Source of the DNA: a virus
Strand: one strand, 5' to 3'
DNA: 64,000 bases
IMG/VR virus record: IMGVR_UViG_3300037755_000497
Span: 32,001 to 96,000 of that record
The notes beneath the pieces are model-generated. The model made no database searches. It saw only the letters and a list, made by a program, of their open reading frames with translations, and was not told the DNA's origin. The translations under genes were made by a program, and so were the position numbers. Each line of letters opens with the position of its first letter. The stretch's first letter is position 1. This document shows positions 38,357 to 48,194 of the stretch, piece after piece.

Positions 38357-39231
38357 TATGTGTTTCCCTTTAAAAATATGCTTAATGCTGTAGGGTCAAG
38401 TGGTGTACCAGCTTTTGAACTCATAGGAACAATAGGTGCTTGCGAAGGGTTGATACCAGCTTGTGATTGTGGAACTAAATGAATATGTTGGTCATGAAGA
38501 CCTATCATGTTTTCTGATAGTGTTGCATGAAATGATGGTGAAGTTCCAATCTTCGCTATCGGTGCATCCAAAATAATTTCAGCTGTTGCTTTAGCATTTA
38601 TTTTTCCAGCTTCTAATACTATTTTCTGGTCACCGCTTACATCAACAAGCGTTACTTGCGTTTCATTTATTTCTAGTTTACCACCGCCACTGTGTAACAT
38701 TTTTACTATTTTATTTTTATCATCGAATAAAAGTATGTGCCCTAGTATTGATTGCATTTTAATTAATTGACCTTCCTTCTTATCATCAAAAATAAGACTG
38801 TGACCTTTACCAGAAACCATTTTGTAGAACTGCTTATCTTCTGTATCATCAAATATAAAATAATGGCCGCTATTAGATTTCCACCCCATAGACTTGCCGT
38901 AATTTGCTTTAAAGATGTCATCAATATCAGCATCATCAGCATCGCTGTACAACATGCAAACATAAGTTGGTTCTGGAAGTTCAACATCAGTTGTGTCATC
39001 ACCGCCATCATCAGCTTGAATTTCAACTTCAATTTCATCACCAACTTGTGGAACCCAGAACATGCCAGCACCATTAGCACTAGCGAACGGAAAACATGGT
39101 TCAGCTGGTAAAGGGTATTCACCTTTGTATAAAGTAGGTGCATTAAAGAAAACAGCACCACGTAATCTTAACCCAATATCTTCATCAGTAATTCTTGTTA
39201 CAATCGCACGGTGCTTTTCAGTTACAGACAT
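38356..39231 (-). CDS. Baseplate spike (gpV/gp5-like)
   Basis: GAGMFWVPQVGDEIEVE (OB fold), repeated SGH..IFDD beta-helix, HDQHIH tip. Confidence 0.9.
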   Translation of the reverse strand: MSVTEKHRAIVTRITDEDIGLRLRGAVFFNAPTLYKGEYPLPAEPCFPFASANGAGMFWVPQVGDEIEVEIQADDGGDDTTDVELPEPTYVCMLYSDADDADIDDIFKANYGKSMGWKSNSGHYFIFDDTEDKQFYKMVSGKGHSLIFDDKKEGQLIKMQSILGHILLFDDKNKIVKMLHSGGGKLEINETQVTLVDVSGDQKIVLEAGKINAKATAEIILDAPIAKIGTSPSFHATLSENMIGLHDQHIHLVPQSQAGINPSQAPIVPMSSKAGTPLDPTALSIFLKGNT

Positions 39232-39232
39232 A

Positions 39233-40615
39233 TTAAATCCCCTTTAACTTTCTAAAGCGTTTATCAGTATCGCTTAAGTTAAGTTGTGGTGATGCCTGAA
39301 CTACTACATCATCAATTACTTTTCTTGCTGAAAATTCTGTGTAGTACCCTTCACCTTTTGTCATAGCATGTTTAACCCTAGTAAAATAATACCTTCCACT
39401 AAATTGCGAGCTAATGCCTTCAAGCCTATGTATTTGTCTTGATTGTAAAACTTCATTACCGACTAATCGGCCATCACCGGAAATAAAATTTTCCTTTTGT
39501 CTTTTTATAAATTCTTCTATTGATTTTTTAGCAGCGGCTTCATTTTTAAACCTTTTATGCTTTGGAAAAGAATAACTTCGGCCATAGGCCTTAAATGCTA
39601 CTTGGATACCATCATCAATTTTTGGCTTTTCTCCACCACGTGCGCCTATATTGGCACCAGTGAATCTTGTTTCTGTATCAGCTTTTGTTTTTTTAGATTC
39701 TTCCTGGCTTACCCTATCCATAGGTTTATGTGAAGTGGAAGAAGTTTGCTTATCTTTTAAAACAAAAACTTCAAAATCTGTGGCCTGGTCATGTGCTTCT
39801 AATATTGGTGAAAATGAAAGTAAAGTGTTAGTATAGCTTAGGTCACCTTCATTATATGCGAATGTAAACACTTCCCTATTATTTTTAGTTGGTGGGGGTT
39901 GGAAAAATAATCCAAACTTTTTACGTTTCGTATCCCACTTAGAAAATAAATCAAAGCCATTAATATCAGCAATTTTTTTAAGGTAGGTGTAATCTGATAC
40001 CCCTTTCTTTTGTGGTGCCCTGTTTTGAATACCAGGAACCTTTCGTATCCCAGCAAATGAACGTGGGTCATTCGTCTTAATATCGAATCCATTTCTGGAA
40101 CCAATAATAGAGGCTATTTGCGAATCTCTAAAGCCTTTGTATGATACACCATCTTTAGGTTTTCTTCTTGATGCTCTATGAAGTAAGTCATAGCCGATAA
40201 TAGTTAATGTTGGTGGGCCACTATCAGGGAAGTCTGGTTTTATAGAAACAATATCAGATGCACCAACTGTTACTAGGCTTGAACCATAACCCATTTGAAC
40301 TTCCACAATATGACCTTCGCTAAAAAGTCTGGAATCAATAATGGAATTAATTTGACCCCCACCATAGTTATCAATTTGCGCTGACATGGTAATTGTTAAT
40401 TTATCAAATTGGTCAGCGTTATCTTCAAAAGTTACTGACTCAATAAATTGTTTAACCTTGTCACTAACAGCATAAGGTTTAGCACCAGGGCCACCATAAA
40501 TTATTAGCTCATAGTTAGGTGCAAAGGGGTCACGGCTTAGGCGTGCGCCCGTACCCACTGGTGTAACAGCTGATTTTGGTAATCCTAATGTGTTTACAAG
40601 GCTAACTATACTCAT
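39233..40615 (-). CDS. Baseplate hub (gpD/gp27-like)
   Basis: VEVQMGY, SDYTYLKKIA..GF, FSGRYYFTRVKH. Confidence 0.85.
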   Translation of the reverse strand: MSIVSLVNTLGLPKSAVTPVGTGARLSRDPFAPNYELIIYGGPGAKPYAVSDKVKQFIESVTFEDNADQFDKLTITMSAQIDNYGGGQINSIIDSRLFSEGHIVEVQMGYGSSLVTVGASDIVSIKPDFPDSGPPTLTIIGYDLLHRASRRKPKDGVSYKGFRDSQIASIIGSRNGFDIKTNDPRSFAGIRKVPGIQNRAPQKKGVSDYTYLKKIADINGFDLFSKWDTKRKKFGLFFQPPPTKNNREVFTFAYNEGDLSYTNTLLSFSPILEAHDQATDFEVFVLKDKQTSSTSHKPMDRVSQEESKKTKADTETRFTGANIGARGGEKPKIDDGIQVAFKAYGRSYSFPKHKRFKNEAAAKKSIEEFIKRQKENFISGDGRLVGNEVLQSRQIHRLEGISSQFSGRYYFTRVKHAMTKGEGYYTEFSARKVIDDVVVQASPQLNLSDTDKRFRKLKGI

Positions 40616-41487
40616 ACAAAAATTGTTGTTTTCCTATTTCTTTTGGTTAAAAATTCTTCCCTTAATGCTTGGTTTTCTTGTGTCGCTTTAAGTGAAATAG
40701 TTTGTGGCGTAATATCAATTGTCCCGATTTCTGTTGCCTCAACCAAGAATATCTTGTCACCAGCTTTTAAATCAGCTTTATCTGGTTGTGTTCTTCTTAG
40801 TATGTCACCTAAAATTGCATCACCATATTCTTGTTGTGCAACCCTTTCAAAACTATCACCACTACGAATTTCACGTGTCCTATCAATCGTGTGAAGTGAA
40901 CCACCAGGAATGTTAATCTTACTTTTTATTTGTGAGAAGATACCAGCTGCACCAGCAATAACACCAGCTGCAAATTTAATTTGCGAAGCCAAACTTGTTG
41001 CTGCATTTTCTGTTACAGTGTCTTCTAATTTTTGTAATGTTATTGAGGCAATAACACCACGAATTGAACCATCACTTCTTAATTCATCATAAGCATAGTC
41101 AACCCGTTTCACGAAACATGTAAACCCAATTTCTGTACCGTAAGTGAATAAAAATTTTGGTGGCCTTTTTAAATCAGGGTCACGTTTTTTAAATGAACGT
41201 AAAGTTTCAATTTGTTGTTTTATATTTTTGAATGAGTCAGTAGCGTAAAACCTAGCTGTAAAAGTTACAGTTTCACCATCATTATTTAGATATTGAAAGT
41301 TTGGTTCTTTTTTATTTATTGTACTAGCTTCACCAATAGCTACATCACCACCAGTTTCAGAAAAATTCTGTGGTACATACTGACCTTGAAATTCTAGGTT
41401 CCTATTTTTTCGGTCATCACCTGTTAGTGTCCACGCTTTATTACTGGCAAAACCAAACAGTTCCCCTACTACATCTAATAACGCCAC
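40612..41487 (-). CDS. Tail tube initiator with LysM-like domain
   Basis: RPPKFLFTYG, F..DG, GDSFERVAQQEYGD. Confidence 0.8.
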   Translation of the reverse strand: MALLDVVGELFGFASNKAWTLTGDDRKNRNLEFQGQYVPQNFSETGGDVAIGEASTINKKEPNFQYLNNDGETVTFTARFYATDSFKNIKQQIETLRSFKKRDPDLKRPPKFLFTYGTEIGFTCFVKRVDYAYDELRSDGSIRGVIASITLQKLEDTVTENAATSLASQIKFAAGVIAGAAGIFSQIKSKINIPGGSLHTIDRTREIRSGDSFERVAQQEYGDAILGDILRRTQPDKADLKAGDKIFLVEATEIGTIDITPQTISLKATQENQALREEFLTKRNRKTTIFV

Positions 41488-43847
41488 TATTGCCCCCCAG
41501 CTAATGCAAGCCCATTACTTCTTTTTTGGTGCTTGTTCTTTACTTCCCTTCCTTGTTCAAAGGAATTGTTTATCTGGTCTTCGGTCACTTTCTTGTTAAG
41601 AATCTTTCCAGCATCACCACGCAATTCAAGTACAACTTTAGTTGTTCCACCACCTGAACCACTGGTTGTAACCGTGTTGTTATTTATAACGTTCCCAACG
41701 GCCCTAGCTGTCTGTTCAGCTGATGCTGGTTGCACTAATGCTTTTTGCCCTGTTGCTTCTTTTTGAATTGAATTTGAATCCTGTACAGCATCGGCTATGT
41801 TTGTTCCACTGTTAGCTGCATTTTCTGCAACACCAGCAACCCTAGTTTCACCTTTCCCAAATCCAAAGAAACCGCCAATTGATTTTGCAATTTCAATCCC
41901 TTTAGTAACACCAGCTGTAGCAAACCTTGTTATACCAGCAATTATTGCTGCAATACCTTGTACTACTGGAATGATAAATTTAGCTATTTTCCCTAGTGCA
42001 TTTGCAACACTGGAACCGAATGAAGTTAGGTCATTTTTTGCTGTTGATGATTGCCCAAATATTACCCCGAATAATTCGCTGAATGCAGCACCTACTTCTG
42101 AAAAAGCTGGGCCTAATTCACTCTTTACTAAATCAATTACTGGGCCAATATTCGCCATAAATCCAGCACCAAAAGTTAAGGCGGCTTCTTTTAATCCCTC
42201 AAAGCCACCGAACGCTTTAAAAGCAGCAAACCCTATAGCAGCAAGGCCAGCTACAATTATCCCAATCGGTGAAAATAGGAATCCTAATGCAGCACCTACT
42301 AAACCAAGCGCACCCCAAAGGAATCCAAAAGCTGATGACACAATTCCAACAACACCACTAAGGCCTGTTAAGATTGGGCCTATTACAAAGAATGCAGCAC
42401 CGAGTGCGGCCAATATAGGTGCGGCTATTGCACCTATAGCAATAATCTTTGCTACAAGATTACCCATTGATTGCGTAGAACCTTCACTGTCTTCTGTCCA
42501 TTTACTAAAGAAAGCTACAACTTTTTTACCAACATCTGTTACAAAGTTTCCTACTTCTTTAAACCCATCAACAAAACCAGTTATAAATTGAAGAATGGCC
42601 TTACCACGTTTTTCACCAAAGAATTTGAAGAATACTTCACCACTTTTCGATGTCCGATCTATTTGCCCAGTAACAAGCTGGAAACCAACCGCTAAGTTAG
42701 ACACAACATCAGCTGCATCCCTTATTGGTTGTGTTAAGAACCCAGCTACTAAACCACCAGTTTCAATTAATACACCGCTGATTGCCGATTTCATTATTGT
42801 AAATGCACCAGCTAAGTTATCAAGTCTTTCACCAGCTTGTTTTGCAGCTGTGCCCGTTGAATTTTTTATTCCTTCCTGTAATCTTTTAAAACCATCAACA
42901 CCTTCGTTTGCTAATGCGTTGATAGCCCTTTGACCCCTTACACCAAAAATTTCTTGCGCAATCGCTGAACGTTCAGCACCACCACCAGCATCTTTCATTG
43001 CTTGCGTAATATCACCTAATAAATCTGGTAAAGGTCTAAAGTCATCGTTTGAATCACGAACCTTAATATTAAACCGATCAAGAAGTTCTTGTGCTTTCTT
43101 AGATGGTTTAGCTAATTTATTAAATGCATTTGTTAATGCTGTACCACCTAACGAACCTTTCAAACCAGCATTCGCTAATGCACCCATAGAAACAAGGATG
43201 TCATCAAGTGGTATCCCAGCGGCGGCCAAAGCACCACCACCGAATTTAACAGCTTCACCTAATTGTGTAATATTGGTGTTTGTCTTACTTTGTATGAAAG
43301 CAAATTTATCACTTAGTTCAGTTAATTTTTGAACCTTTGTAGCATTTTTATCGAAAGCTGGTGCTAGTGCTGACATGGAATCTGTTGCAATATCAGATGC
43401 AGCACCTAATTCTAGTGAACCAGCGGCGGCCAAGTTTAAAACTGTTTCTAATGAACTTATCTGTTCTTCTGCATTAAAACCTGCGAGTGCTAAGAACTCG
43501 AATCCTTGGCCCGCTTCCTTGGCCGAAAAAGATGTACTTGCGCCTAAGCGTTTAGCCTCGGCCGTCATATCAGCAAATTGTTTTTTAGAAATATCACCTG
43601 TCAAAGATTTAACAACTGACATCTGTTTTTCAAAGTCAGCAAATTCTTTTGTGGCCAATGCAACCCCAGCTGTTAACGGGGCACCAGCTAAAGTTAGACC
43701 CTTTAAACCTTGACCTAGTTTACCTATAGATGCGCTTGCCTTTTTGACAGAATTGGTCATGGTGCTAAAGCTTCGGTTGGCCTTCCCGATTTGCCTTGCT
43801 ACACCATCACCATTAAATTTTAGAATTGCATTGAATTTAAATGCCAT
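41487..43847 (-). CDS. Tail tape measure protein (TP901-family core)
   Basis: FEKQMSVV, LGASTSFSAKEA, ALANAGLKGSLGGTAL, DNLAG; hydrophobic helical repeats. Confidence 0.93.
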   Translation of the reverse strand: MAFKFNAILKFNGDGVARQIGKANRSFSTMTNSVKKASASIGKLGQGLKGLTLAGAPLTAGVALATKEFADFEKQMSVVKSLTGDISKKQFADMTAEAKRLGASTSFSAKEAGQGFEFLALAGFNAEEQISSLETVLNLAAAGSLELGAASDIATDSMSALAPAFDKNATKVQKLTELSDKFAFIQSKTNTNITQLGEAVKFGGGALAAAGIPLDDILVSMGALANAGLKGSLGGTALTNAFNKLAKPSKKAQELLDRFNIKVRDSNDDFRPLPDLLGDITQAMKDAGGGAERSAIAQEIFGVRGQRAINALANEGVDGFKRLQEGIKNSTGTAAKQAGERLDNLAGAFTIMKSAISGVLIETGGLVAGFLTQPIRDAADVVSNLAVGFQLVTGQIDRTSKSGEVFFKFFGEKRGKAILQFITGFVDGFKEVGNFVTDVGKKVVAFFSKWTEDSEGSTQSMGNLVAKIIAIGAIAAPILAALGAAFFVIGPILTGLSGVVGIVSSAFGFLWGALGLVGAALGFLFSPIGIIVAGLAAIGFAAFKAFGGFEGLKEAALTFGAGFMANIGPVIDLVKSELGPAFSEVGAAFSELFGVIFGQSSTAKNDLTSFGSSVANALGKIAKFIIPVVQGIAAIIAGITRFATAGVTKGIEIAKSIGGFFGFGKGETRVAGVAENAANSGTNIADAVQDSNSIQKEATGQKALVQPASAEQTARAVGNVINNNTVTTSGSGGGTTKVVLELRGDAGKILNKKVTEDQINNSFEQGREVKNKHQKRSNGLALAGGQ

Positions 43848-43856
43848 TTTGCTTCC

Positions 43857-44078
43857 TTACATTTTCCCTAAATACCTTTTTCCCTTGGTACTCGGTTTAG
43901 ACATTGAAGCATTGGCCTTTTTTATTGCTTCATTTTCGTCTTTCTTCTGTTTGGCCAAACGCTTTAAACTCCAAATAAACTTCTTTTTCCTCATTTTTTT
44001 TACATCGGAAAGGCTAAGACCACCGTTGTAATTATAAATCAAATTATGCTGGGCTTCCCATAAATCGCCCCTATCCAT
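43857..44078 (-). CDS. Tail assembly chaperone, downstream (T-like) ORF
   Basis: Between chaperone and tape measure; in the -1 frame of the upstream ORF. Confidence 0.7.
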   Translation of the reverse strand: MDRGDLWEAQHNLIYNYNGGLSLSDVKKMRKKKFIWSLKRLAKQKKDENEAIKKANASMSKPSTKGKRYLGKM

Positions 44079-44944
44079 TATAGGGACGAAGAATCGAAAA
44101 AAGATTCATACCCCCAATTAATTTGTGTTTCAAAATCTTTCTTACAAAATTGACAATTACCGGAAATCTTCATATCTGGCCCAGCATTGTTATTCACAAT
44201 TTCTTTACCAATTCTCTCAATATCAAATTTCTTGATTTTTTTAACTAATGATTTTAAATCAACATACCCTTCAACAAGTTCACCGTTGTTGGTACAACCT
44301 GTAATAGCACTATTGAAAATTGCCTTCTTTACATACCCAGCGTTTGCCGCTTTTTCTGTAGGCACACTTTCCAGTGCATCCCATTTAGAAACTGATAGTA
44401 AAAGACCAGTTACAACTTTAGCTGGTGCCCCGTTGATTCCTGGCATAGTTATAGGTTTTTTTAATTCATATTTTACTGTTTGTTCATGTTCCTTATCTTT
44501 ACATTCGACATCCAGGCCGCGTAAATCAGCTACGAAATTTTCAATTTTCTTTTTACAATGTGGGCATTGTACAGAATCAAAATGTAATTCATGACCTAGT
44601 TCTTCAACTCTTAATACCATGTACATGTACATCATATTAGGAAAATGTAGCTGGGAAAGTGTAATAAGTTTTTCTTCTTTGCTTAATGATTGGTAGTCTT
44701 TACCCTTGAATTCATCAAGTAGTAAATCCATCATTGATCTTACGAAGGTTCCAACATTCGCTGATTGTTCTTGTAGGTCGGATAAAGTTTCTTCAATATC
44801 CATGTCCCATTCTTTAAAAGAAAATGTTGGCGTTTCGCATCCATCAAAAATTGGAAGTCTTGCGCCCAATGTACCTAGATTTGTTCTTCTACTTTTTTCA
44901 ACTTCACCATTTTCTGGCTTTACTTCGATCATTTGTTCCCCCAA
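44078..44944 (-). CDS. Tail assembly chaperone / T4 gp26-like protein
   Basis: Follows the tube gene; CPHC and CQFC pairs; C-terminal FF. Confidence 0.7.
   Translation of the reverse strand: MGEQMIEVKPENGEVEKSRRTNLGTLGARLPIFDGCETPTFSFKEWDMDIEETLSDLQEQSANVGTFVRSMMDLLLDEFKGKDYQSLSKEEKLITLSQLHFPNMMYMYMVLRVEELGHELHFDSVQCPHCKKKIENFVADLRGLDVECKDKEHEQTVKYELKKPITMPGINGAPAKVVTGLLLSVSKWDALESVPTEKAANAGYVKKAIFNSAITGCTNNGELVEGYVDLKSLVKKIKKFDIERIGKEIVNNNAGPDMKISGNCQFCKKDFETQINWGYESFFDSSSL
44096..44102 (-). other. Putative -1 ribosomal frameshift site T TTT TTC
   Basis: The -1 frame reads TTT TTT CGA TTC TTC GTC CCT ATA ATG GAT, open into the next ORF. Confidence 0.65.
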
Positions 44945-44982
44945 ATAACTTATGTTTTGTGAAGATTACATAAATTTGAAAT

Positions 44983-45014
44983 ATAGGGGCCTTTAATAAA
45001 TAGGTGGCCCCTAT
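44983..45014 (-). terminator. Hairpin after the tube gene
   Basis: Perfect 9-bp stem ATAGGGGCC/GGCCCCTAT; weak U-tract. Confidence 0.55.
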
Positions 45015-45028
45015 TAACCTGTTTAAAA

Positions 45029-45466
45029 TTAATCTATTTTGTCTATAGAAAGTAACCAAGTAATCATTGCTGGTTCGCCTTCGTTAGCCATTTCTAAATC
45101 ATCATCTGTACGTTTTTTAACCCATACACCTGAAACAAGTCTTACACTTGCAACAGCACCACTGATTGAACGCTTAATAAGCGTACCGCTTTTTTTGTAC
45201 GTTGCTGAAACGGGGTCAACCCCTTCCCTACGCCATAGCTCCAAAGCAGCTGTTTCAACTTTGTGGTGTTCAAATGTTTTAATATCATGTTCACTAGCTT
45301 TCACATTACCACCAGAAACAACAGTTCTGTCTGGCATTTCTGCACTTTCAGTTTCCTGTTCTAGCCCAGACATTTCGGTAATCAGAATTGGCGGTAAACC
45401 AACAATGATTAGTTCAAAATTGTTCTTAGGTATGTGATCTGCTTTAACTGCACCTTTCATAACCAT
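45029..45466 (-). CDS. Tail tube protein (gp19-like)
   Basis: Follows the sheath gene; EMSGLE, W...., KKSGTL, W.K pattern. Confidence 0.85.
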   Translation of the reverse strand: MVMKGAVKADHIPKNNFELIIVGLPPILITEMSGLEQETESAEMPDRTVVSGGNVKASEHDIKTFEHHKVETAALELWRREGVDPVSATYKKSGTLIKRSISGAVASVRLVSGVWVKKRTDDDLEMANEGEPAMITWLLSIDKID

Positions 45467-45510
45467 ATTTTTTCCCCTTCCTTAAGTTTCGTTAGAAAAA
45501 CGATGCAGTA

Positions 45511-48147
45511 TTAAACTGCACCTTCTGTTACACCTTGTTTACCGATTCTAATAATAAATCTTTCAACAGTATCAACAATCGCAAGTGCCATGTCAGCGAA
45601 TAAATCACCATCAGCACGTGTAGACGTTGTATTGTTTTCACTATCTATTTTTAGTAACGTTGCTTCCTGAACATCCTTACCTACCAATGCACCTTTTGCA
45701 AGTTCACCACTAAAGAACTGGAAGAATGCTGCTTTTAGGATTTCTTGCGTTCCAGATTCTTCACTGTTAAGTGCAAAGATGATGAAGTCAAAATTTTCAA
45801 TGAAAATATTTTCTACATGCGATAAGTATTCTCTGTGATGCTTAAATTTGAAAGCTGGGTCAAGTCCAACAGTTCTATCACCCCAAAGAATAAAATTCCC
45901 ACTCTTTTCAAGTAGAATGTTAATACCTTGTGGGTTAAGAAATTCTTGGTCAAGTGGTTCACGATTATCAAAACCAGCTGGCAATGCTAGTGCTTGGCTA
46001 AGAATAGCATCAGTACCAGCGGCGGCCTTATGGTAACCGTCAAAGTCCCTTGCAATTCTGGCTTCTACACCATGGATAGCACCTGTTGCTGAAATCAATT
46101 TCAGACCACCACCATCTTTAGAAACCCTAATGAAAGATGGCCATGATACAACTGCAAAGTCATTTCTTCCAAGTGTATCATTAATAAATTCTTCACAAGC
46201 TACTTCATCAGTAATGTTTGCTGGAACTTCGTAACGATATTGCCAGTTTTGTGAACCAGCAAATGCTACCCCAGCTTTTTGAACAGCACTTGAAGTAATA
46301 CCTGGTGTTGCTAGTTTTACTAAACCTAAATTTTTACCACGTAGGCTTCTAAGTTTAGATGTACCAACATCATAAGCATTTTCATAATCAAGGTCAGCAA
46401 TATCAGCGATACCATCATAACCACCAGAAAGTTCCTGGATATACTGCGCTCTAAAAGTTTCCCCAATAGCTGTATCAACTGTAAGGTCACTTCCAGGTTT
46501 AACAGTAATTGTGTTTGCATTATTTGAATCAATCAAATAACTTTTTCTTGAGTTATCTTTATTTGGATAAACACGCCCACCCTCAAGTGCATTCAATTCT
46601 AAAGGTTCAACATAAACTGTAATAGTATCGTTGACTGACCAAGTAACCGCTGAATTAAGTGTGTTGTCTTCAAGTGTGAACCCGTAACCAAAGTCATTAA
46701 GTGCAGCAACAGCGATACCAGATGTAACAACAGTTGTACCTGTGAATGGCATCTTTTCAGAAACCATATCCCATGTTTGGTCAACACCACCACTTAATAC
46801 ACCAGCACCAGCTACAACGTTTGCATCACTAGAAACTAATGTGTAAGCATTACCAGCAAGACCAGCTGTCCTAGCATGGATGTGCGCAACAGTAGCACTA
46901 TCTTTTTCAGCAAATGTTAATGGACTGTTTGCAAGTACAAATGCAACCAAGTTGTCAATTGAACCTTCTGCATCAGCACCAATTTCAATTTGCGTAGCTG
47001 GGGTGGCAACAACAGTTTTCCAAGTGTAAACTACACCAGCAATTTCCAATGTTGCATTATCAGCTGGTTGACCACCGAAAGTTAAAATTTCTTCGGCCCT
47101 TGCACCGGCAACAGTGTTTGTTAGGGTCAACTTATCTTTGATAATTTCTGAACCTAATGATACAGATGAAAGTTTCATCTTCGCATTGTTAACGCTAGAA
47201 AAAACAGGGTAATGAATCTTTGTTGTTAAAACAGTTTGTGTTAAAGAAACAATTTCATTGGCGTAGTTTGCTGGTCTTTGCCCTGCAACCAATGAACCAC
47301 CCATATTTAAATCAATTGCCTTGATTAGAAAATCTGAATCACTTTCTGCATTGATTGCATCAACAAAATAATTTGGTTTTGATGGGTCAATTGAAAGGTC
47401 AGTAAAATTCTTTTTAAGTTCAGCAACATTGCCTTCAATTAGGTAGAACTCAAGACCAAATTCAGAATTTGGTTGTAGCAAACCTGGTTTAACTAAAACA
47501 CCCAGTGATTCACCATCATTACTTAGAACAATTTCAGTTAAAGTATTTGCTGGGTCAGAAGATTCTGCAATTTCATCAAGCAAATTAATATCAGCTGCAA
47601 AAGTTAAAACCCCTGCATCAGTATTAGATTCAATTGGGAAACTTTTACCTGGAACTGCTTTCAATTTTACTAGTGCGCCAACAAGTTCATCTTTTTTTAG
47701 ATTCGCTGGGGCATTTGAAAGTGTTAAAGTGATTTCAGTTAAGCTTGCATATTCATCAACAATTCTGAATTTTTTACCGGCCCAACGTCCACCGTTACCA
47801 GCTTCAAAAGTAGCTACTAGTGCGCCACTATTTACTTGGTTATAAAGTGATAGTGATGATTTTTTTTCTGAACCATCAGTAACACGATTATACCAAACTT
47901 CACCAGCACCGTTCGATGCTCTATAGTATGATAAAGCTGCATCCGGTAATAAGGATGCTGGAATTAAACCACCAGCTTTAAATAAATAATCACTTTTTGT
48001 AGATGCTCTAAATGCTTTTTTAGGGCCTTTCTTTAGAATACCTGTGTAAGCTGTAGTACCCAATGCACCTGGAACAATTGCACCACCTGATTCTTGTTCG
48101 ATGATTGCAACACCAGCTGCACGTGTTGGGCCAAATCGTCTTGCCAT
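45511..48147 (-). CDS. Contractile tail sheath protein with large inserted domains
   Basis: GVAIIE, G.W G, LSGGYDG, HKAAAG, QEFLNPQGIN, WGDRT, ERFIIRI. Confidence 0.93.
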   Translation of the reverse strand: MARRFGPTRAAGVAIIEQESGGAIVPGALGTTAYTGILKKGPKKAFRASTKSDYLFKAGGLIPASLLPDAALSYYRASNGAGEVWYNRVTDGSEKKSSLSLYNQVNSGALVATFEAGNGGRWAGKKFRIVDEYASLTEITLTLSNAPANLKKDELVGALVKLKAVPGKSFPIESNTDAGVLTFAADINLLDEIAESSDPANTLTEIVLSNDGESLGVLVKPGLLQPNSEFGLEFYLIEGNVAELKKNFTDLSIDPSKPNYFVDAINAESDSDFLIKAIDLNMGGSLVAGQRPANYANEIVSLTQTVLTTKIHYPVFSSVNNAKMKLSSVSLGSEIIKDKLTLTNTVAGARAEEILTFGGQPADNATLEIAGVVYTWKTVVATPATQIEIGADAEGSIDNLVAFVLANSPLTFAEKDSATVAHIHARTAGLAGNAYTLVSSDANVVAGAGVLSGGVDQTWDMVSEKMPFTGTTVVTSGIAVAALNDFGYGFTLEDNTLNSAVTWSVNDTITVYVEPLELNALEGGRVYPNKDNSRKSYLIDSNNANTITVKPGSDLTVDTAIGETFRAQYIQELSGGYDGIADIADLDYENAYDVGTSKLRSLRGKNLGLVKLATPGITSSAVQKAGVAFAGSQNWQYRYEVPANITDEVACEEFINDTLGRNDFAVVSWPSFIRVSKDGGGLKLISATGAIHGVEARIARDFDGYHKAAAGTDAILSQALALPAGFDNREPLDQEFLNPQGINILLEKSGNFILWGDRTVGLDPAFKFKHHREYLSHVENIFIENFDFIIFALNSEESGTQEILKAAFFQFFSGELAKGALVGKDVQEATLLKIDSENNTTSTRADGDLFADMALAIVDTVERFIIRIGKQGVTEGAV

Positions 48148-48162
48148 GTTTTACCTTCCTTT

Positions 48163-48179
48163 GTTATACAATGTTATAC
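48163..48179. promoter_or_regulatory. GTTATAC-AAT-GTTATAC element
   Basis: Immediately upstream of the sheath RBS. Confidence 0.75.
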
Positions 48180-48194
48180 CTATTTGACAAAAAA

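Noticed and set aside
41533-44031. Long plus-strand ORFs opposite the tape measure gene and other structural genes
   Set aside because: Antisense shadows of Ala/Gly-rich coding sequence; no recognisable motifs.
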